Notes under the pieces: generated by a model
The model's input: only the letters and a program-made list of their open reading frames with translations
Database searches by the model: none
Told to the model about the DNA's origin: nothing
Shown here: positions 36,404-49,845 of the stretch, piece after piece
How the letters are laid out: every line of letters starts with the position of its first letter
Position numbering within the stretch: the stretch's first letter is position 1
Origin: Haliotis rubra
Taxonomy: Eukaryota
Assembly: GCF_003918875.1 (NCBI RefSeq)
Contig: NW_025767431.1
Coordinates: 62,001 to 126,000 of the forward strand
Direction of reading: 5' to 3'
DNA: 64,000 nucleotides
Made by a program: the position numbers and the translations under genes

Positions 36404-39400
36404 ATGTCGTGCCAACGCTCTGCTATTCTGGTTCTGCTGATTTTGACCAATGTGGCACTGGACCCTGTTTGCAGGGAGGACCAGTACTATGATGTACATG
36501 CAGGGATGTGTGAGTATTGCTCCATCATATGTCAACATGCAGAGATCCAAGGGACGGTGGAGAAGTGTGGGAGGAACTGTCCAGGTAAATTATGTGTTAC
36601 TGTACAGAACCGTAAAACTGTCCAGGTAAATTATGTGTGACTGTACAAACCGTAAAACTGTCCAGGTAAATTATGTGTTACTGTACAGAACCGTAAAACT
36701 GTCCAGGTAAATTATGTGTTACTGTACAGAACAGTAAAACTGTCCAGGTAAATTATGTGTTACTGTACAGAAACGTAAAACTGTTCAGGTAAATTATGTG
36801 TTACTGTACAGAACAGTAAAACTGTTCAGGTAAATTATGTGTTACTGTACAGAAACGTAAAACTGTCCAGGTAAATTATGTGTTACTGTACAGAAACGTA
36901 AAACTGTCCAGGTAAATTATGTGTTACTGTACAGAACAGTCAAACTGTCCAGGTAAATTATGTTACTGTACAGAACCGTAAAACTGTCCAGGTAAATTAT
37001 GTGTTACTGTACAGAACAGTCAAACATCCATACAAATATAGTCGCGATGAAATTGGCTGCTAGTTTATTTGACTTTGTTTTTCTCTACCTCCTTAAATCA
37101 TATGTTGTCGGCATTAAACTATATCCAGTCAATTTCTGACATAACTTGTTTCCTTGTCTGGAAACAAAACCTTGATCACCTTCATGATCAAGAAAGAAAC
37201 TCGTTTCTCCCAGTCGGGACGTTGCAGTGAATGATTCCATCTATTCCTGCACTGCCGGAAGAATAGTTGCGATTAAGATATAGTTAAACTAAAGACATGC
37301 TTATTGACTCTTAGTTTGCCGTATTGCAACATGCATCCCAGGAAGTCTGGTTGCAGAACATTCACTTCGACTTTCACGTTTTGTGATTGGATGAGAGCAA
37401 CCACGTGACAACACAGAGTACCATGAACGATCTATTTGTTCTAAATGCTTATGAATCAGAATGCGGATGAAATCTCACAAGATTAACCTTCTGGTTTGTG
37501 ATTGGTTAACAGCGATCACGTGGTGCAGATATTCAAGATTAATCTTGTCACGTGGCCTGGATGAATAACATAAGATTAACCTGAAAGCGTGACATAGTAC
37601 GCATGGACTTTAGTGAAATCATTATCATATCTACAAAACTGTTGTTACTGTAATGTTATCATGTAATCAACGAGTACGTATACCCATTAAGAACGATTTT
37701 GACTGCACTGGTATGACACATACTTCAGTAAATCCAACACAACATTTGGGCCTTGTCAAACGCTGCAGCGGATTAATCTCGCAACTGGAAAGTCCATGTT
37801 TTATATTTAGAAGCAGCCTTGAGCGGTTAACCGCACAAGGAAGGAAACGGTTTTTTTCGCTTCCAGTAAAGTTACTTTGTGAATTTAACAGTATCGAGAA
37901 TTCTCTCAGGTTATGATGGCATAGATGAAGAATTGTCCACAGAAATAGAAATATATGTAAGAAGTGACTCTGTGGTTTAATGTTGAGTATTAAGGCCTGA
38001 AGCTAGAATGGGAAAATTGATAGAATAGCGGTGGGTTTGCTAAATTTCTCGCCGTTAGTTTGCTTCAAATGTGCTGAACATTTTCGAAAACATAGACTGA
38101 CTTCGATATTTTTGCGGTGATATTGCTGGAATAATGCTATAAGCGGCGTAAAACTAAAACTCACTCACACACTCGATATGTTTTCTTTAAGTTGCTGTGA
38201 TCAAAACCAGTTTACACAACGGTNNNNNNNNNNNNNNNNNNNNNNNNNNNNNNNNNNNNNNNNNNNNNNNNNNNNNNNNNNNNNNNNNNNNNNNNNNNNN
38301 NNNNNNNNNNNNNNNNNNNNNNNNNNNNNNNNNNNNNNNNNNNNNNNNNNNNNNNNNNNNNNNNNNNNNNNNNNNNNNNNNNNNNNNNNNNNNNNNNNTG
38401 TTTCTGACCCTAAGGATATGTCACCACTAAGGCCACGAAGACATCGTCAACAACGGCGTCTTTGTCGTCTCCATCGCTACCCTCACCATCATCATCAGGC
38501 TGGTTACCCTGGCAGACATCCCTTGTCACCCTCACATCAGTTGTAATCACAGGTTGTGTCACGGCGCTTGTCGTCGCCAACAGAGAGTCAGTCAGGCGGT
38601 GTATTAGACGGACCCGAAACACGTGTAACCATGGCAACCACGCGCTGTATCCTGTGGAAGGAGGCACCCATGGTTCAGAATGTACGTTACGTTGGGTGTA
38701 CCCAAATTCGTTTTTCAGAGTTTGTTTTGCAACTAATTCTTTGCATTATCCAGAACACTAAACTTTCCAAATATTAGCGAGAGACTGAATGGGTGAGTGA
38801 GCATAGTATATAAAGGTGAGGTGAGGTGAGGTGAGGTGAGATGAAATTGGGTTTTACGTCGTGCTGAGAATATCCCATCATATGACGACGTGCATGCGTG
38901 TGTTTGTGTATGTGCGGCTGCTTGTACTAGCCCAGACTTAAGCTGGTTTTATAGTGCTAGCCATGAATACCCTACTCAGACACATTATACTGACTCCGAG
39001 CCGACCAGTCCTTGTTGTATCCATTAATGCCGAGCGCCAGGCAGGGGCCAACAAGTACCATATTTTAACATCTTTTGGTATGACGCGGTCGGGGATTGAA
39101 CCCGCGACCTTCCGCTCTCCGGGCGGACGCTCTAACCACTACACCACGGAGGCGGTCAGTATATTAAGAACTTATTTGAGCAAAATCGCAGTGAGGTAAC
39201 CAGAAATGGGCTTTACATTGTTCCCAGTAGGGCATCGAACTCAAGTGACTAACGAACACCTCAACCACTAGGCTAACCCACAGTGCCTATATACATACAG
39301 GTAAGCGTGGTTTGATGTACCACTACTTAGGACGTTATTTCATTAATCCGAGCATGTCAGTTGATTTCGGAGGAAGGCCCGGTTTGACCAAACCTGCTTA

Positions 39401-39790
39401 TTATAACCATTGCCATAGTCTGTCTCACAGTCCCTGAACCACATTATTTACCCTACTGCTAATCTGAATCTCTGGTCTCCCTGGGACTCCTTTTCCATTT
39501 ATATGGGTTTGTTTGTTATACTATCAAAATTATATATATTCAGAGACTGAGCGTTAGTCTACCATTGCCACTGCCCAACACGAACGCACGGTTGTTAGAT
39601 AAAGAGACCTAAGGGAAGCAACTCCCTTAGATAAATCAGTGTCTGGACCATCTCTGGTACGAGAATTAAAAGACTTGTAACAGAAGCAATAAAGGTAAAT
39701 CATGTTGTATGAAATGCTGCAAACAAACACATTTGACATATTTCAATCTGTCTTGCAGATACCATGGTAACCGAGCAAGAGAGAGTTTAA
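36404..39790 (+). CDS. Receptor B: single-CRD TNFR-like type-I membrane protein
   Basis: Exon 36404-36584: signal + CREDQYYDVHAGMCEYCSIICQHAEIQGTVEKCGRNCP, phase 1; 181 nt as in A and E. Exon 38415-38681: GYVTTKATKTSSTTASLSSPSLPSPSSSG stalk, TM WQTSLVTLTSVVITGCVTALVVA, donor T|GTACGT. Exon 39759-39790: tcttgcag|, YTMVTEQERV*. Intron 1 spans an assembly gap. Confidence 0.82.
36575..37024. repeat. 41-bp minisatellite (11 units) containing the exon-1 splice donor of B
   Basis: Unit AACTGTCCAGGTAAATTATGTGTTACTGTACAGAACCGTAA. Confidence 0.92.
38224..38398. other. Assembly gap (175 N)
   Basis: Run of N ending 16 nt before exon 2 of B. Confidence 1.
38815..39157 (-). mobile_element. tRNA-derived SINE, nested in an older SINE
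   Basis: Reverse strand begins GACCGCCTCCGTGGTGTAGTGG (A box) ...GGTTCAATCC (B box) and ends in a (CTCAC)n tail. Inverted copy at 44049-44398. Confidence 0.85.
39416..39561. mobile_element. MITE with 9-bp TSD (Mutator-like), copy 1
   Basis: TSD CCATTGCCA at 39407-15 and 39562-70. Imperfect TIR TAGTCTGTCTCACAGTCCCTGAA / TTCAGAGACTGAGCGTTAGTCTA. Confidence 0.8.
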
Positions 39791-41039
39791 TGCGCAACTG
39801 TATATCTGACGCAGTCAATGGCCATGGACATATCGGCGCATATCGAAAGCCGGTTCCATTGGAACATGAGTTCCATTGAAACCTTCCGAGAATACTTTTT
39901 GAGAAACAACGACCATACAATTAACCGGCGGGTTTTGTTCACTGGCTTCGCAACAAAGCACTCGGCACGTTCGTTTTGTGAATGACATTCCATTTGATAA
40001 GAAATATGAATGAGTGTCATGTGACTGTACATCACGTGATACACTGGGCGTGGACATGTCACAGCTATCCCAGACATGTGTCATCCTGATAGGCTCAAGT
40101 AATGACGTCCGACATTTTTTTAGTAAGCATTCTGTATTGAGGACACTGTCAGTTCACTTGTGTGTCATTACCTCCACATCACGCTGGTTTTACAAATAAC
40201 ATTTGAAATAATTCTGTAAATAAATATGTGTACTTCTATATCGCTAAATTCCATAAACCAAATGCATGCTTAAAGTGCATACAAATAGACCGTTCATTAT
40301 TACTCCGGATAACCCAAGCTGCCTGTGAGGCGCAAGAAGGTTATAGTCACATGACTTATCCCACCGGGTACCCATTTTCTGCTGGGTGAACAGAGGCAAT
40401 TTTGAACAAACTCACATGCCTAACGTGAGACTACATGAATCACATGTGCTTCGTTGTTTGGCAGGACTGAAGTCCAGAGACATGTTGAGTAAACATGAAA
40501 ATTAATGTTGTTGTTATGCAGTCAGACCCGAATTGTAAGATTTGTAACGTCACAACGAAGAAATGACGTGGCACTTAAAGATCACATTGCATTTTGCTTT
40601 AAACGTGAAATACGTTTTAAATCATTCCACAAGTCTATATAAATAAGAAAGAAGATTCAGTGAAAGTTACCCCTTCGTCTATTGCCACCTCAACCCTGAA
40701 GAGAAGCCGACGGCTGAAACAAGCTATTCACATACGGGTCAATTAACGGAAGCGTACATATAATGTCCATGTTTGGCTTGACGGAAGATATACGCCCACC
40801 TCCTGTGTCGGCCGAGACTGTAAGGACTTACTGGGTGTCTCATATCAAGAGATCAAATAAGAGAGATAACATATTTATTGTGCAAACCTTCCATACAGAG
40901 ACAGTGACAATATTCTATAAACTACATAAACAAGATATATAATGAATCATATATATATACATATGATGAGTAACAAAACATATTATAATAATAATACAAA
41001 TGTGTATAATAATAATGGCCTAGGACAATCAGATCTTCT

Positions 41040-41410
41040 TTGTTTAAAGTTGTACATGTGGTAGCAAATAATTTCTACACTATTTGGATCATTATTTCTA
41101 AAAAGAGGTTAAATTTTCCAGTGGTAGTAAGGCTGAGAAATTTATTAATTTTAGAGGATAGGGAGTTAAATAAGGACTTTCTTGCATCTGAATATTTAAT
41201 GAAACACATGAAATGGTGTTCTTCATCCTCAAGGACAGAGCATTTATCACAGAGACGGTCCTCCAAAGGTGTAGGTGGTCTTGTTCGTCTACCCAGTTCA
41301 ATTTTTAGCCTGTGATCACTCAGTCTTAGTTTTGTGAAGTGGATACGGTGTTTTTTTTATCTTGCAGTGTTGCAGGTATGTTTCAAAGTTGATTTCAGAT
41401 TTAATTTTTC
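41040..41410 (-). mobile_element. Degenerate L2/CR1 LINE 3' fragment
   Basis: ELGRRTRPPTPLEDRLCDKCSVLEDEEHHFMC, a C-terminal zinc-knuckle-like motif. Confidence 0.75.
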
Positions 41411-42189
41411 TATCAATGTGTTGTGTCTGTGGCGTGTGCTTCCTGTGAGATAGTATACGCTTACCCTTTTAGTGAACACCTAGTGTTTGCAAAGATTCCA
41501 GCGATCAAGTCTGACACATCGTATCACAATTGCATAGATCGATGATCATGCTGTTAATCACTGGATTGTTTGGTCCAGACTCGATTATTTACAGACCTCC
41601 GTATAGCTGGAATATTGCTGAGTGCGGCGTTAAACGACAGACCAAACAACAAACCAATCTGGCATAAAGTATTTTAAGGAACATATCTCGCTTCTAAACA
41701 TGGAGTGATTGGACAAAATCTGTTATATGTTTTGGTTTGGGTATATAATTAAAGAATGGAAACACTAGACACTGTTAAGTTCTTATTGTTGTTTTTAATA
41801 TATGTATATTCATGACATTTGCCGCGGTCGTTGGTTGGTTATTGACAGGTAGGCATATAAAACGTAAGCGATTTCTGACATCTGGTGTTCTCCAAACAGA
41901 TACTGAGTAAATAAAAACTTCACAATTTATATTTGTAATTACAAATATGAATTGTTATGTTAGACAGTTTTCAGGTATCATAATGTTAAACCCCAAGTAT
42001 CGACTCAAGAAAAAGTCATCACAGCACATTCAAGTCAATCCAAACATCGTGCACCTCACAATTGTGCTAAAACGTGTTTTTCACGTGCCATTGATCACGT
42101 GATCTATTGCACGTGCATTCGGTCGCACATGTTCCCATCAACTGTACAAAGTTAAAAAAACACTTTAAAGCACTAACGAGAACAGTCAA

Positions 42190-42900
42190 TTCTTATGTCG
42201 TGCCTCTCAAATGTGCAGCGTGAACGTTGGCATGCTGGAAGCGGGAACGTCAGTAAGTGACGTTGTGATGACTGTTTATGATTTACAGACTCGACTGCAA
42301 CAAACTGGCACCATTGCTGATCGCCTAGTCTGTCTCACAGTCCCTGAACCACATTAATTTCCCTACTGCCAAGCCCTCTCTGCAGTGCTAAAGCCCTAAA
42401 TAAAGCAAGTCTAGATTTCCTCAGGTTCTGAATCTCTGGTCTCCCTAGGGCTCCTTTTCAATATAAATGGGCTTGTTTGTTACTATCAAAATTATATATA
42501 TTCAGAGACTAAGCCTTAGTCTACTGATCGCCCTAGGCCAGGTCAACCACGTGTGACGTCACAGACGGAGGATCGTCAAATTGTGTTACGTCACCTCCGT
42601 AATCGATTTCTGACGTCTACAGGAACCAGACATGAGCTGTTTAGGGGTCGACTGTCGTCTCAAACCATCCAAAACCGGCTGCGAGCTGCTCGCCTTCGTG
42701 TTCAACGACCATATCGCGGAACCATTTTGACGCCATTACATCGACGTTGTACGTCAACGTTTGCTGTGGGCCCGACACCTCCGATGGACTCTGAGAGACT
42801 GGAATCGAGTTGTCTTCAGTGCTGAATCAAAATTTACCCTCAGATTCGCTGATGGTAGGATCGAGCATATCTGTGCACTCTCGGGAACCAACCACAGAAA
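42190..42900 (+). pseudogene. Tc1-family transposase remnant, interrupted by a MITE
   Basis: RPGQPRVTSQTEDRQI..RNRFLT..SSQTIQNRLRAARLRVQRPYRG..LTPLHRR, then W.RVVFS.ES. Frameshifts present. Confidence 0.8.
42326..42523. mobile_element. MITE with 9-bp TSD (Mutator-like), copy 2
   Basis: TSD CTGATCGCC at 42317-25 and 42524-32. Same termini as 39416-39561. Confidence 0.82.
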
Positions 42901-43043
42901 TTGCAGGATCTTGGTGCTGCTTTGCAGAAATAATTTTTAAATTGGTTATTTCCATTTTTGAAGTTAGATTTTTCAATCCTTTCTGAACATTCATAGGTTG
43001 AGTGTGCATCAACATTTGTGGCTATTGTTGTAAATGTATAAGC

Positions 43044-43049
43044 AACACA

Positions 43050-43093
<44 letters not shown>
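43044..43093. repeat. (CA)n microsatellite
   Basis: Direct reading. Confidence 0.95.
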
Positions 43094-43096
<3 letters not shown>

Positions 43097-43119
43097 TATA
43101 TATATATATGTATATTTAT

Positions 43120-44560
43120 ATATAATTTATTCACTTTTGAGGAATCAGTGTAGAGGATTTCTAAACAGTAAATGGAAAGAAGACCTGAACGCATGAAAGT
43201 TCGCAAAGTTACAATTTGAATATGCAATATACTTTGAGGTTTCGTGATACGTCTGTACGTTATTATTTCTTTTTGAAAGGTTAAAAAGCTTGGTTTAGTA
43301 ATTTTTCTATTAAATTTGGAAAGGAGAGATTTTGTTATCATGATAACAACATTCAAAGGATTATTATGTTTACCCTTTAAGCCAAACAGTACATGTTCTT
43401 CACTGAAGGTGATTCTGCCGTGGAATTTCCAATTCATTCTAATAGCTATTCCCATATATCAACAGAATATAAACATTTACATAAGATATGTGAAACTGTT
43501 TCATCTGGTTCGTTACATAAGATACTAGCTGCTGATGGTACATTACCAATCTTTAATAGATAACTGTTTATACTCAGGATGTGGTGTAAAGCTTTCAGTT
43601 GAAACCACCTTAATTCATTACATGGAGTAGACCTTTTTACCCCCAAATTATAGTTTATTCATTCTGAATCAGTATATGTTTGCCTTAGGTAATTTTTTGT
43701 GAAAATAGGCTCATGCAGAATTGTATAAAGTACCTTACATCCAGATTTATTATGTATTTTTTGAGATGTGAATGGCAAATTTTGGTCCTTGAGAAATCTT
43801 CACTAAATGATTCTTATTAATATTTTGTGAATAACTCAACATAGCTTGTTTAATTTTTTGATAGGTCACGAAATTGGTTCTAATTCTATATTTTTTTACA
43901 AATTCATCAAACTCCATGTTCATTAATAAAATCATTCAGAAATGTTATACCCTTTTTATGCCACTGTGCAATATATACATGGACATACCATCAATTTTTA
44001 TGGAATTGTTATACCAAACTGATTTGCTCATAATATCTTCAATAGTTTGACCGCCTCCGTGGTGTAGTGGTTAGAGCGTCCACCCCGGAGAGCGGAAGGT
44101 CGCGGGTTCAATCCCCGACCGCGTCATACCAAAAGACGTTAAAATATGGTATTTGTTGGTCCCTGCCTGGCGCTCGGCATTAATGGGTGCAACAAGGACT
44201 GGTCGGCTCGGAGTCAGTATAATGTGTCTGAGTGGGGTATTCATGCTTCACTGCGGCATGGTATCTCAGTGGGCTAGCACTATAAAACCAGCTTCAGTCA
44301 CGGCTAGTACAAGCAGCCGCACATACACACGCATGCACGTCGTCATATGAGCGAAATATTCTCAAGCACGACGTTAAACCCAATTTCACCTCACCTCAGT
44401 AGTTGCTTCTTTAGTGGCAAAACAATTCAGGTTCAAGCTTCATAATAGCAGTATCTCTTTACAAAAGGTGTTATGAATATTTGGAGTAATATTTTCATAA
44501 ATATATGAACTATCAGCCAATTCATGACATTTATATTCACTACTGTTTAAAAAAATATGA
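43120..44560 (-). mobile_element. Degenerate L1/Tx1-clade LINE ORF2 3' part, interrupted by a SINE
   Basis: ELRWFQLKALHHILSINSYLLKIG..CNEPDETVSHILCKC (zf-RVT-like); VWYNNSIKIDG upstream; multiple stops. Confidence 0.75.
44049..44398 (+). mobile_element. tRNA-derived SINE
   Basis: A box TGGTGTAGTGG, B box GGTTCAATCC, tail CACCTCACCTCA. Same family as 38815-39157. Confidence 0.88.
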
Positions 44561-45863
44561 TAGCCCACTCTGATTTGCAGGAATAATGGCATCGACTCCC
44601 CAATAATGTGTTTACATGCATCAGACAGCCCATGAGGAGGCGTTGCTTGGCAGTTGTGAACGCACGAAGTGGCCATATACACTACTGAACGTTTGAAACA
44701 TCAGATTTAATTTCTTGTGATTTGACACTTTGTTTACGCCTTTTATTGATAAAATTTGTAACCACATGTAACCGGCTTTTGGCATTGTGATTATTCTCAG
44801 TTCATCCTATAGAACTTAACAAATAAATGATAACCTCTATACCATATTCTTAAGTCCTTTCTTTTATATATTATCTAATATATGATTGTGAAGTTTCTAG
44901 TTTGACTCAGTATATGTCCTTCCCTTCCGTACAATGGACACGTGTACTGTAAATGCTGGCTAAGGAAAAATTCTCAATTTAAGATATTTTAAATGTTAGT
45001 GATTGGTAAAGTGTCTATTCTGGAGTTGTAACTTATCAACTTCAATTCCCCTGCGTGAGCCACGTGTAAATAGACAATAGAAGCGCCAAATCCCTTTCAA
45101 CGTTCATAAAAATTCTCTGCCAACACCGGAGTCGATTGTACTTTTTTTACTATATCGTGAGACTGTATTTGTTTCAGCAGTATTACAGCTGTAGGATTTT
45201 TTGTAAACAAATGAGTCTGGACTTGACTATATTGACTACCACCATGCGATAAGATGACAGAGCATGTGTTTATGAAACTGGTGTTCGCGAAACGGTGAGC
45301 GTACCCTGCCCCACGGGAGGCACCCGTCATAAAAATATGCAAAGTCTAGTCAATTGTTCAACTGAAATAATTCGGGAACGTACACAGGTACAGTTAATAA
45401 CAAGTCTCAGATATCGCGTCCATTGTCCATAAATGGCAAACAAGAAGTGACAATTACACGGCTGGATAAATGAAAGTCAGTTACAGACAGTGATATATCT
45501 TGACACCAGATATATATAATTATAGTATGACGTGTCTCACACATCAGTGAAACAGCCCCTTCACTCGTGAAGCAGGCGTTGACGTTCTCATCGTATTGAT
45601 TAGGATCACCTTTAGATGTAAACACCGCTATGTGAAACTGCTGCAACTTCACATACCACTGCATTGCAGGAAAATAACACGATCTGTTTATAATGATATA
45701 GCTATGTGTATATTACTGTCTTGAGATTAAAACCAGTGCATAGACGGTTTATCCTCACTGTGTAGGCAGCCTGTAGAGGACTATAGACACTATGCTTGGC
45801 GACTTCAATGATGTAATCATAGGCCTACAATTTCGTATACAGATTCAGGTGACCTACTTTGTA

Positions 45864-45934
45864 GGGGATTCCCCTTCGGTGTGTTAGGCATACAGGTTTC
45901 GGGCACGTCGGATTTGTTTTGATGGAAATTTCCC
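45864..45934. promoter_or_regulatory. Two NF-kB/Rel-type sites upstream of receptor C
   Basis: GGGGATTCCCC at 45864-74 and GGAAATTTCCC at 45924-34, about 550-620 bp before the ATG. Confidence 0.5.
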
Positions 45935-46257
45935 AACAGAGAATTCGAACAGAAACATTGTGATCACGTGATAATGGAAACGTACTGACGTTTTCAACCC
46001 GAACGTTGTAATAATTGCTCAGGTGGAATGGAAATTTACTCGTGTAAATATTTCACCATGCATATTGATCAAGTGGCTCACAGTACAGGAAGATACTGCC
46101 ATCCATCCGGGAATACAGATTACCTGGCTGTAATAACAGAGACAGAAAAGAAGCTGTGTACCAAGAGAAATGTCATGATGCCTTCACAACCCATTCAGTA
46201 CCTTTATTATTCCAAATGTTTTGGAAAGTAGTATGTACATTAGGTACATACATTTAC

Positions 46258-46407
46258 ATGACTGACTGACTGACTGAGTTTGGTTTTACGCCGCTTTTAG
46301 CAATATTCCAGCAACATCACGGCGGGGACACCAGAATATGGGGATTCGAACCCGGGTCTTCGGCGTGACGAGCCAACGCTTTAACCACTAGGCTACCCCA
46401 CCGCCCC
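46258..46407 (-). mobile_element. Short tRNA-derived SINE; other copies at about 4533-4617, 57162-57305 and 60487-60652
   Basis: Reverse strand GGGGCGGTGGGGTAGCCTAGTGGTTAAAGCG...GGTTCGAATCCC...GCGGCGTAAAACC with a (CAGT/CACT)n tail. Confidence 0.85.
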
Positions 46408-46486
46408 TTACATGAATGAATACATATTACGTCATGAACGAAACTAGAATTTCCATGAGAAACCGAAAATAAAACTACCCAGCAAA

Positions 46487-49400
46487 ATGGTGGCACATGC
46501 CACGTTATTAATTCTTCTTCCTTGTCTGGGGAGAATTGCCTGTGTCCAAGGTAATTATATACGTTCAAGAATAACTTTGTAAACATTAATTCAGATTAAG
46601 ATTTTTTGTTGTATAGAAAGACACAGTCAGTGTTACATTAACCCTATCTGTGTTGTTGTGAGGGTGTACCAAGGTAGGAAAGATACACCACAATGTATTA
46701 CGTATCTGTTACCAGTGGTAGGTCGACTGTTAAATATGAAACGTTCACGAACTGTAACATGTATTCTTGAACATACACGTGTGGAACACTTGAACAATCA
46801 GACACTGACGAAATGACATATACCTCACTGTTTATCATACCCCTCATAAACGCTATAATCATATTGAATAACCATTACGTACTTACGTTGCTTTTCTGAA
46901 TTTTCATTATATATCAGTAAACTATTTAGTACTTTGAATATAAAAGATAAACGATCCGTATAATTTGACATTTCGTAATCGGACCTCAATAAGCTATTGA
47001 TACATATTTATGGATAGTTGTACTGGCTCCTTGTCATTCACTCGGTGCAATGGTTCACAGTCTTGTCGGTTTATTATTGTTGTTTTGCTATCATTTCTCA
47101 TAATGGCATGGATTATAACTGACATGAAATGTTCCAGTGTGTCCCCGAGACTTCTATTACAGCACCGACACCGACAGGTGTGAAAGCTGTGCAGAATTGT
47201 GCCACCAAGCAACGGTCAGAAAAACAGAAAGTACATGTCGAAGACTGTGTCCCGGTGAGACGTCTCAAAGCATCCAACATCCAACCTCGATCTTAAAGTG
47301 AAAGTGCAATTAACCGTATTCATTAACAAACATCCCTCAACGATAATATATCCGTCACTTTTTTATATGTATCACAAATGCAATTTGTATATTGACAATA
47401 ATATGTGTTATGAAATAGGGATATGTTCATTCAGTTTAGATAACTACAATACAAGACATTATGTTGAGTATTGTAACATTTTGTTGATGTCCTGCAACAC
47501 ACTGTGTAGCGGCCACAAAATTTCCGAGTCCAGTGCTGGGATTCGAACCCCGGACCTTCTGATCCCAAGTCGGACGCCTTGTACACATGTCCAAACAGGT
47601 TAACCCTGTCGGCAAGCTGAGAAGGTAAGGATGTCATCTGTGGGATGACTCCACACTACCAGAGATCATATAATATGGTATCTGACACTACACACTGTGC
47701 TCTCTACCTGTTTATCATTTGTAGTGAGATGTTTGTGTCTTCAGTGGTAAGTGACACATGGTGTTTGTGTTTGTAGTAGGAGACACAGAAGTAACAAAGA
47801 CGTCCTTGACACTGAAGAAAGCGTTACATGGCAACAACACGCCATCAGTGAACAAACTGAACTCAACTGAAGAACGGTTACCACACACACTGGACGACAG
47901 TCAAGGTAATCTGGCGTTACATTTAAGTAAATCCTATCTATTAATCCGGAAGATAATATTGTCATCTGAATATTTTAATCCGGAAGAAACACCAGTCTCC
48001 TGTTGTCATCTCTTTGGGGTGTTTTGATTTACGTGGATGTACGCATTCTGATTCACCTTTTAGCATACTTTTCACTGACAGTTTTAGGCGTTTCGTAGCT
48101 CGTGAGTTGTTACCCAGACTAACATATAATCCCAGAAGTAAAGTTATCGTATCTAAAGATCAGCCTGGATCAGACAATGTCGAAGCGTAGCGCAACACAC
48201 CCCAGGTACCAGGCTGATCTAAACATGTCCTTGGAAACTGGTTTTACACAGTAACATAATCATGTCGGCGAGCAAACCGGACTTTAACTGTCCTTTCCCG
48301 ACATAATTGGTAAAATTACAACTGCTATAGTCACAATATGTTTGAAAGACTGCCACCTTTGGCAATGTTCATGAATCATTACGAAACAGTGAACACTTGT
48401 TCCAGATATAGATGGGAATGTAGGCACGAGAGCTGAAATCACCCCTGTCATTCAGTCAGTTGACTGTGTACCCCTTTTACTTGTAATTGTACAACTATAT
48501 TTTGAGTAAAAGTAAATATTCTCGCCAATGGGCCAAATGTTTTCCGGCCATGGGCGAGATATTTTAACATCGCTCTAAATTAGCCAAATCAAGTCAAAAT
48601 GAGTTGAATTTGTGTCATGATACTTATATACATACTTTCGTTTATTTACAACCTCCAACAAATGAATTCTGAGCGAAACTAAACATTCTCGCCCATGGGT
48701 TTAAATTTTGATTTTTCGAGAAATAAATGTTTCATTTTTTCATCCTTTTCATATATTCATGACAACTGCATGTTTTATTCGTCAAATCCTTTCTCAGAAA
48801 GGGGCCACAGTGCGGAGAGTTTCTGGACTTTTGTGAGTCCAGAATTAAATTGTGACGTGTTAATATATTTCAGTTACCATATACACAGTGTGTACGTTAA
48901 TGTTGCTCATCATGATCATGTGCTGTGTATCGGCTGTACTTCTAATGTCTGGACGATATCCATCTTGCTGCTGCTGTAAACGAAGAGCACTTTGTTTGAA
49001 GTATCGAAGGACCGGAAGTGGAGGTAAGATCGATTACCAACCATGAGTAGTCACAAGTCTTGCCTACTCTGCATTCATGATCAGCTCTGAGACAGTAATG
49101 CATGATAACAGATACGAAAACATAATCAAATATAGTAATCGTTACTCCGGTGTCCAGTTAATGTCCCTTAGAAAGATATGTGTAAATGAGTAAATATATT
49201 CTGTTGAATATATATGGCTGATCAAGCTGGTTTGGCTCTTTGCCAACAGAGAGCCCTTCACACGCAGCCAAGAGAACAATGTGTGTTTTTTCATCAAAAT
49301 GTAAATAGGAAATGTTATGCAATGAAGTAATGAGACTGTCTAACACCTAGTGGATGCCGCATAGTATATATACCTTTGAGACATGGTGGCCTGGTTTGGT

Positions 49401-49810
49401 CATTCTAATGTTGTTTTCGCAATGCTTGTTCTGAGGTCTATCCATTGTACGATCGAGAATAAGTGCAGAAAGTGGAGAATCATAAAATTCATAGGATTAG
49501 ACCAGTATACAGCCTCAGGCCTACCCAGGCCAACAAACTAGACCTCTCCATTTTTTATCAGTCCAGTAAAATCATTCGTTTCTGCACCTCTGGCATTAAT
49601 GTGATAATTATCTTTAGGAAAATACATTGCAAATATGCTGATCTCACTGACAAAATGTCGTTCTTGCTTCTTAAGTATTGTACCAATTAAAGTTGATCGA
49701 CACCCGATTATTCTCGGTGCCCTATGTTTGGTACCTTCCAATCTGTGGACTAACATTGGGGGAGAGTACATTGGGAGGTTAGGGACCGTACACAAGTAAT
49801 GGCTAAAAGG

Positions 49811-49845
<35 letters not shown>

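Noticed and set aside
39284-39612. Alternative B ending through a 17-nt micro-exon (39284-39300) and an exon at 39544
   Set aside because: The acceptors lie in a SINE end and a MITE TIR. The exon at 39759 has a better acceptor and the right phase.
44049-44125. tRNA gene candidate (also 46330-46405 and 47510-47600)
   Set aside because: A and B boxes continue into SINE bodies or are degenerate; no intact cloverleaf was seen.
47010-47183. Hydrophobic ORF suggesting a frameshifted signal peptide for C
   Set aside because: A clean signal-peptide exon at 46487-46550 splices in frame to 47138.
47298-47603. Cys-containing ORF as a second CRD in C
   Set aside because: Cys spacing does not match the family, and the ORF runs into a SINE-like fragment.
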